A stretch of DNA of 64,000 nucleotides from Ostreococcus lucimarinus (taxonomy: Eukaryota). The position numbers were made by a program, and so were the translations under genes. The stretch is taken from assembly GCA_000092065.1 (NCBI GenBank), contig CP000589.1; one strand, written 5' to 3'. Of the stretch, positions 58,429-64,000 are shown piece by piece. The notes under the pieces were generated by a model. The model was not told where the DNA came from and searched no databases. It saw only the letters and a program-made list of their open reading frames with translations. Each line of letters starts with the position of its first letter. Position 1 is the stretch's first letter.

Positions 58429-58655
58429 GCGCGCCGCCGTCGGCCCCGCGCGAGGCATCGACACCGTCGCGCGCCGCGCTCGCGTCGTCCGCGCCCGCGT
58501 CCGCGCGCCGCGCGCGCGCGCGCGCCTCGTCGTCGTCGCGCGCCTCGTCGTCGTCGCCCATCGCGCCGCGCGTCGTCGCGTCCTCGCCGGTCAATGCCGT
58601 CGCGCCGGCCGCGCCGCGCCACATCGACGCGCGCGCCGACCGCGCCGCCGACGCC

Positions 58656-59879
58656 ATGGGCGCGGACGTCGAGATGCGCGACGACGCGGACGCGACGACG
58701 GCGATCGCCGACGCGGACGCGGACGAGACGGCGCTCGACACGTCGCGCGACGACGACGTCGACCTCGCGCAGAAGATTTTCGATCTCGAGCTCGCCGAGG
58801 GCGCGCGCGACGAGACGGCGGCGGTGATGGCGATCGTCGAGCGACGGAACATGGCGGCGACGTACGCGACGCTGTGCGAGCGGTTCGCGTGGCGCGCGGA
58901 CGCGGCGCTGACGGCGAAGATGGCGGACGCGAACGCGAAGCGGTTGGGAGAGATCGAAGCGAAGATCGAAGACGCGAAGGAAAATCTCGGGGACGTGGAG
59001 ATACGGGACGCGATGTGCGAGCGGGCGGAGTTTTACGCGAGCGTGGGGGAGATGGAGAAGAGCGAACGGGCGTACGAGGAGACGGAGGCGAAGACGGCGT
59101 CGATCGGGCAAAAGATGGACTGCGCGTTCGCGCTGATGCGCGCGCGGTTTTCGAGGTTGGAGCTGCACGAGGTGAAGAAATTGATCGAAAAGATTAAGGA
59201 TATGCTGGATCAACCGGGCGGGGGGGATTGGGAACGAAAGAACCGGTTGAAGGTGTACGAAGGGTTGCACGCGGTGGCGACGAGGAATTTTGAAACGGCG
59301 ACAAAGCTGTTTTTGGACTCGTTGAGCACGTTCACGTCGTACGAGCTGTTGTCGTACGATGATTTCGTGTTCTACACCGTCGTCTGCGCCGTGGTTTCGC
59401 TGCCGCGCACCGAACTCAAGGCGAAGGTGATCGATTCGCCCGAGGTGTTGAGCGTGCTCAACCGATTGCCCGGTCTCGGCGACTTTTTAAACGCCCTGCA
59501 CAAGTGTGATTATCGCACCTTCATGTCGGCGTTCCCCGTCGTCGCCGCGCAAGTGGAAAAGTCGGTGTGGATGAATCCCCATTTCAGGTACTTTTTGCGC
59601 GAGGTGCGCGTCGTGGCGTACGCGCAATATTTGCAAAGCTACAAGAGCGTGACGGTGAAGAGCATGGCGGATAGTTTCAACGTGAGCGAAGACTTTATCG
59701 ATCGCGAGCTCTCGCACTTCATCGTTTCTGGTAGATTGAACTGCAAGATTGACAAGGTTTCGGGGGTGTTACAAACCAACCGACCGGACTTGAAGAACTC
59801 GCTGTACCAAACTTTGATCAAGGACGGCGACGCACTGTTGAACAACGTATCCAAACTCTCTCGAGTGATAGATCTTTAG
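58656..59879 (+). CDS. RPN7: 26S proteasome regulatory subunit RPN7/PSMD6 (PCI domain)
   Basis: Colinear with PSMD6: NMAATYATLCERFAW, NLGDVEIRDAM, GGDWERKNRLKVYEGL, FLDSLSTFTSYEL, HFRYFLREVRVVAYAQYLQSYKS, GRLNCKIDKVSGVLQTNRPD, KLSRVIDL. Start set to ATG 58656; track ORF begins at 58209, antisense to the sirtuin gene. Confidence 0.9.
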   Translation: MGADVEMRDDADATTAIADADADETALDTSRDDDVDLAQKIFDLELAEGARDETAAVMAIVERRNMAATYATLCERFAWRADAALTAKMADANAKRLGEIEAKIEDAKENLGDVEIRDAMCERAEFYASVGEMEKSERAYEETEAKTASIGQKMDCAFALMRARFSRLELHEVKKLIEKIKDMLDQPGGGDWERKNRLKVYEGLHAVATRNFETATKLFLDSLSTFTSYELLSYDDFVFYTVVCAVVSLPRTELKAKVIDSPEVLSVLNRLPGLGDFLNALHKCDYRTFMSAFPVVAAQVEKSVWMNPHFRYFLREVRVVAYAQYLQSYKSVTVKSMADSFNVSEDFIDRELSHFIVSGRLNCKIDKVSGVLQTNRPDLKNSLYQTLIKDGDALLNNVSKLSRVIDL

Positions 59880-60095
59880 ACGCGCGCCGGTGACGATTTG
59901 ACCACCTTGGCGATTTTAAATCAACCGTTTTCAAGCCATCAGACGAATTCTCCGCGCGCCGAAATCGGGCGTCTCTCAAACCAAGTCGCTTTTCGCGCGA
60001 ACGACGCGCGGGCGACGCTTTTTGTCACCGAAATTCAGCCTAAACCACCGCCCGCCTTCACTCCGCCGCGCAGCGCGCGTCGCGACTCGATCGCG

Positions 60096-61031
60096 ATGTA
60101 CGATGACAGCGACAGCGACAGCGACATCGCCTACGTCAGGCACGTCTTGCGGTACATGTACCCAGGATCGACGCCGAAAAACGGCCGAGTCATCGTGTTG
60201 CCGGCTGGGACGCTCGGCGACGGGAAGTACGGCGACGAGGAAATCGACGGCGAGTTCTGCGTCGCGCTCCTGATGGACGACGGCGTGAACGTCGATCGAT
60301 GGAGGGTGCGCGTGTACGATAACTCGTTCGACGGTTGGCGTTTACTCGGCGTTGGGATCACGAGCTTGTGTTGGAACCACGTCGGACCGTCGCTGCGCAG
60401 GTGCGAGCTACAGCTCGAGGAAAAGCCGCAGCCGGCGTCGACGTCGGCGATGGATGCGTTGGACTTGAACACGTGCCGAGCGCCGGCGGTGGGAGAGCAG
60501 AACGGTTATTTTGGCATAGGCATCTACAACGGAAAGAATACGCAGAATCTGGGCACGCTGTGGAGAAGCGCGTATCAACTGGGCGCGGCGTTCGCCTTCG
60601 TCATCGGGCGTCGATTCAAAAAAGAAGCGAGCGACACGCCAAAGTCATGGACACAGATTCCAACGTTTGAATACAGCGATTGGGATGATTTCGTGCGTAA
60701 ATCGCCCGTCAGTGCGGTGTGGGTCGGCGTTGAGATGGGCGGTACCCCGCTCGAAAATTTTGAGCACCCGCGAAACGCCGTGTACATACTCGGCAGCGAA
60801 GACACTGGGTTGAACACGACGATGCTTCGAGCATGTCAGCACCACATCGCATTACCAACCACTGGTACGCGGAGTCCGAGTTTCAACGTCGCCGTCACGG
60901 GCGCAATCATAATGTACGACCGCGAGCTCAAAAGGCGAGCCGCCGCGGCGAAGCTCGCCGCGCTCCCGACGCAAAATCGTCGAGACGGCATAGACAGCGT
61001 GAAACCACTCAAGTCGAGCGCCTCGCATTAG
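60096..61031 (+). CDS. SpoU/TrmH-family (SPOUT) RNA 2'-O-methyltransferase
   Basis: SPOUT motifs GYFGIGIYNGKNTQNLGTLWRSAYQLGAAF, VYILGSEDTGLNTTMLRACQHHIALP and SFNVAVTGAIIMYD. The track ORF starts at 59898, only 19 nt after the RPN7 stop; ATG 60096 (MYDDSDSD) is the more plausible start. Confidence 0.65.
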   Translation: MYDDSDSDSDIAYVRHVLRYMYPGSTPKNGRVIVLPAGTLGDGKYGDEEIDGEFCVALLMDDGVNVDRWRVRVYDNSFDGWRLLGVGITSLCWNHVGPSLRRCELQLEEKPQPASTSAMDALDLNTCRAPAVGEQNGYFGIGIYNGKNTQNLGTLWRSAYQLGAAFAFVIGRRFKKEASDTPKSWTQIPTFEYSDWDDFVRKSPVSAVWVGVEMGGTPLENFEHPRNAVYILGSEDTGLNTTMLRACQHHIALPTTGTRSPSFNVAVTGAIIMYDRELKRRAAAAKLAALPTQNRRDGIDSVKPLKSSASH

Positions 61032-61129
61032 TCTTTTTTAGCCTGTTTATAGTCTGTCATTCACGCTTCGTTCGCCCTCGCGTCGCGCCCTCGCGCCGCG
61101 CCGCGCCGCGCCCGGCGCGCCGGCGAGTT

Positions 61130-61157
61130 GGATAAGTGCGCGCCGAGAGCCTTATCC
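61130..61157. promoter_or_regulatory. inverted pair of GATAAG (I-box-like) cores ~190 bp upstream of the LOV-HK start
   Basis: GGATAAGtgcgcgccgagagcCTTATCC is a perfect 7-bp inverted repeat with a 14-bp spacer. It is the only AT-containing element in an otherwise pure-GC spacer. Confidence 0.3.
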
Positions 61158-61336
61158 GTACTTCGCGACGTCCGACGCCGCCCCGAAGGACTTCTGCGCG
61201 CCCGACGCGACGCGCGGGCGTCCAAGACGTGCGTTAGGGGCGTCTGGCGCGCCGCCGATCGCGCGCGCGTCGCGCGTCGCGCGCGAAGGCGTCGTAAAGC
61301 CGCGTGCGCGCGGCCGCCGCGACGTCGACGCGCGCG

Positions 61337-64000
61337 ATGTCGTGCCCGTTCGGCCACGATCGAGCGCCCGCGGCCGTCGCGACGGTGGACGACGATGACA
61401 TCACGAAAGTAATCGTCACCGACGGCGAGCGAGGGACGAAGCGACGGGCGGTGGAGGAGGCGACGAGGGAGGAAGACAAACCAGAGACGCCGAGGGCTGA
61501 CCCCGCGGCGCTCGAGGCGGCGCTCGAGGAGGAACGAGCGCGCAGAAAGCGCGCGGAGAACGAGTTGATGAGCTTGAAGGCGATGTATAGACAGTGCAAG
61601 GCGATGTCGACGGTGCAGAAGGATATCGCGGTGAAGGAATTAGCGATGGACTCGTGCGCGGAGGGTATCACCATCGCGGACTTTACGCAGCCGGACCAGC
61701 CGTTGATTTACGCAAACGTGGGATTCGAGGTAATGACGGGATACAGCGTGCAGGAGACCGTAGGGCACAATTGTCGATTCTTACAAGGGCCGGGGACGGA
61801 TCAAAACGAACTCAACAAGCTTCGGAATGCGATTAAGAAGGGCGAGGCGGTGACGGTGGTGTTGAAGAACTACAAAAAGTCTGGCGAAGAGTTTATGAAT
61901 CAGTTGTCGCTCACGCCAATTCGTGACGCAGACGGACAAGTGATGTACTACGTGGGAATCCAATCCGATGTCACCGAGCTGTTTAAGCGACGCGATGACG
62001 AGCTGAACGCGCTAAAAATGATGGCACGCGCCGAGGCGGCGACAGAAGCCAAGTCGAGATTTTTAGCGCACATGTCGCACGAGATTCGCACGCCTTTGAA
62101 TGGGCTCATCGCCGTGGGGCAATTATTAGAAGACACAAATTTGGATCGGTTGCAAAGGGAGTACGTATCTACGGTACGTACGAGTGGGGAAACGTTGCAA
62201 GCGCTCATCAGCGATATTCTTGACTTCAGCCGGGTCGAGGCAGATAAGCTCGTGCTCCAGTGCGAACCGTTCCACCCAGAGGTAGTCATCGGCAACGTTA
62301 TGGAGATAACAGCCATGCAGTCAGCGAAGAAGAAGATAAACATCGGTTACCACGTGGATATCGGGGTGCCCAAAATCGTCATGGGTGACGCGATGCGCTT
62401 GCAACAAGTGTTGCTGAATTCCATCAGTAACGCCATCAAGTTCACCGACGCAGGCAACATCATGATTCGACTTTACCTCGGCAGAGAGGACACGACGGAA
62501 GTCGCGAGGCAAGCGTTCTTGGAAGATGGCGAAGAAACGCACCACGCCAAGATGGTTCGCTCCTATTCCGCCGGTTCGCTCGCGTCGACACAAAAGGACT
62601 GGCTCGCGCCTCTCAAGTGCTTCCTGCACATGTGCCCGCATTTCTCGGGCAAGTTGAGCGAAGGTGGGAACAAGCCGACGGATGATATGACATCGGATAA
62701 TGAATCCTGGTTTTTGCACTTTTACGTCAAGGACACGGGCATGGGGTTAGATCAAAGCACAATTCATAAGATCTTTCAATCGTTTCAGCAGGTTGAAACG
62801 GGGGCGACGCGCAAATACGACGGCACTGGTCTCGGCTTGGCGATTTCGCGCAAATTGTGTGAAGCGATGGGCGGAACGATGTGGGCCGAAAGTCAAGGGC
62901 TCGGCAAGGGGTCGACTTTCCATTTTTGTATTAAGTGTAAGGCGGTTTCGGAGGATTGGATGAAAGAGAACCAAAAATCGCGCAAGCAACTCGCGAGCGG
63001 GGCGGAGTCGCTCCGGCAGCTCGAGCGCGATTTGAGCGTAGATTATGCGGCGCATTTCAAAAGACCAGGCGAAAAGCTGAGCGTGGTTCTTTACGACGAA
63101 TCTGACATGCTGCGGAGCACGTTGTCCGTGGTGTTGAAGCGATGGGGATTTGCCGTGACGGTTTACGGCAACGCGAAAGATCTCGTCGGTTACATGAGCA
63201 AAGCGATGGATGGTGAAGTTACCGATGTCGCCATTATCGCTGAGTTGAGCAACAACGCCGTAGATTTCATTTATGACTGGGCAAAAGGCAGAGGTTTGCT
63301 GAACGGAGTGAGCGCGGGGCAAGGAAACACGTTCAGTATCCAGTCAAGTGGAGATGACAAACGCCGTTCCAGCGACACGAGCAAGCTTCCACCTTTTGTC
63401 CTTTCGACTTGGCCAGTGGTGCAATCAACCGGCTTTGACACGTCGGACCCTCGGTGTGCGTGGGCAAAGGATAGCGTAGAGGGAACGGAGTCGAGCATTG
63501 ATTCCGTCAAGGGAACCGCCGTTCGAGATTTCTTCTCCTCCATACGATCGCATCTAATTTCGAGACCGGTGCGACACAACAGACTTCGTCGTACTCTCGA
63601 GACGGTTCTTGACGAAAAGGCTCATCACGCCGACGCCGCGGACACTGCGCGTACGGATAGTCCGACGCGAGCGTCTGGGTGCACTCGACGGAAGGTCGAT
63701 TTCGAAGATGGTGTCTCTGGCCAACATGTCTCTGGCCAACATTTGCGAATCTTACTTGCAGAGGATCATCCCGTGAACATGAAGGTCGCAAAAGCTGTGT
63801 TGAGCCGCCTCGGGCACTCCGACGTCACTGGGGCGAAGGATGGGGCGGACGCGTTGGCCAAGGTGCAGGCTGACCCCGCGGGACTCGACGCGTTCGACAT
63901 CGTTCTCATGGACTTACACATGCCAATCATGGGCGGTATCGAGTGTACGCAGCAGTTGCGAAAGCTTTACCCAGACTGCAAGGTGCCAATCATCGCCGTC
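61337..64000 (+). CDS. LOV-domain hybrid histidine kinase (LOV-HK-pseudoREC-REC), 3'-partial at window edge
   Basis: LOV core ITIADFTQPDQPLIYANVGFEVMTGYSVQETVGHNCRFLQGPGTDQ...YKKSGEEFMNQLSLTPIRDADGQVMYYVGIQSDVTE. H-box SHEIRTPLNG, N-box LLNSISNAIKFT, D/G1 DTGMGLD, G2 GTGLGLAISRKL. A degenerate receiver (VVLYDESDML...DVAIIAEL) is followed by a true receiver (ILLAEDHPVN...DIVLMDLHMP). The frame stays open to nt 64000. Not in the ORF track because no stop falls inside the window. Confidence 0.85.
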   Translation, partial: MSCPFGHDRAPAAVATVDDDDITKVIVTDGERGTKRRAVEEATREEDKPETPRADPAALEAALEEERARRKRAENELMSLKAMYRQCKAMSTVQKDIAVKELAMDSCAEGITIADFTQPDQPLIYANVGFEVMTGYSVQETVGHNCRFLQGPGTDQNELNKLRNAIKKGEAVTVVLKNYKKSGEEFMNQLSLTPIRDADGQVMYYVGIQSDVTELFKRRDDELNALKMMARAEAATEAKSRFLAHMSHEIRTPLNGLIAVGQLLEDTNLDRLQREYVSTVRTSGETLQALISDILDFSRVEADKLVLQCEPFHPEVVIGNVMEITAMQSAKKKINIGYHVDIGVPKIVMGDAMRLQQVLLNSISNAIKFTDAGNIMIRLYLGREDTTEVARQAFLEDGEETHHAKMVRSYSAGSLASTQKDWLAPLKCFLHMCPHFSGKLSEGGNKPTDDMTSDNESWFLHFYVKDTGMGLDQSTIHKIFQSFQQVETGATRKYDGTGLGLAISRKLCEAMGGTMWAESQGLGKGSTFHFCIKCKAVSEDWMKENQKSRKQLASGAESLRQLERDLSVDYAAHFKRPGEKLSVVLYDESDMLRSTLSVVLKRWGFAVTVYGNAKDLVGYMSKAMDGEVTDVAIIAELSNNAVDFIYDWAKGRGLLNGVSAGQGNTFSIQSSGDDKRRSSDTSKLPPFVLSTWPVVQSTGFDTSDPRCAWAKDSVEGTESSIDSVKGTAVRDFFSSIRSHLISRPVRHNRLRRTLETVLDEKAHHADAADTARTDSPTRASGCTRRKVDFEDGVSGQHVSGQHLRILLAEDHPVNMKVAKAVLSRLGHSDVTGAKDGADALAKVQADPAGLDAFDIVLMDLHMPIMGGIECTQQLRKLYPDCKVPIIAV

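Noticed and set aside
57689-59270. ORFs 57689..59197 (+, 502 aa) and 58050..59270 (-, 406 aa).
   Set aside because: They are antisense to the sirtuin and RPN7 genes respectively. They are Arg/Gly-rich with no motifs.
1-64000. Operon or prokaryotic interpretation of the same-strand runs (PMCA, hypothetical, OTU1, SMC3; RPN7 with SpoU).
   Set aside because: The gene set is eukaryotic: cohesin, proteasome lid, DET1, sirtuin, PMCA. The genes also have individual CpG-rich 5' regions, so these are independent nuclear genes.

Overview
This 64 kb window is very GC-rich, CGCG-dense, extremely gene-dense eukaryotic nuclear DNA with no recognisable introns in the long genes (for example one 1215-aa SMC3 ORF and one 1051-aa PMCA ORF). 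I can support about 37 protein-coding genes, roughly one per 1.7 kb. They sit as alternating head-to-head and tail-to-tail pairs separated by 4-700 bp. The gene content includes DET1, a plastid fibrillin, a LOV histidine-kinase photoreceptor, a membrane-anchored UDP-sugar 4-epimerase and a PSTK-like selenocysteine-pathway kinase. Together with the compaction and composition this suggests a green picoalga of the Mamiellales type (Micromonas/Ostreococcus-like), but that is inference from gene content only. I find no rRNA, tRNA, CRISPR array or transposon.

The six-frame track is dominated by long spurious Ala/Arg/Ser-rich ORFs on both strands because stop codons are rare at this composition. Many track ORFs also begin at GTG or TTG and overrun the true N-termini, so I re-set starts to in-frame ATGs where homology to known N-termini allowed.

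The most interesting item is a single 944-aa ORF (28986..31820) joining an EgtB/OvoA-type non-heme-iron sulfoxide synthase (DinB_2 domain with an HX3HXE motif, plus an FGE-sulfatase domain with GNVWEWT) to a C-terminal GT4 glycosyltransferase domain, in the position where OvoA carries a methyltransferase. I do not know this architecture. Also notable:
- A LOV-HK-pseudoREC-REC hybrid kinase truncated at the 3' window edge, with a GHNCRFLQG variant of the LOV core and an inverted GATAAG pair upstream.
- A torsin/LAP1-like membrane protein lacking a P-loop.
- A pronounced GC gradient within genes, falling from 5' to 3'.
- Microsatellite clusters in bidirectional promoters.
- In-frame tandem duplications inside coding sequences.
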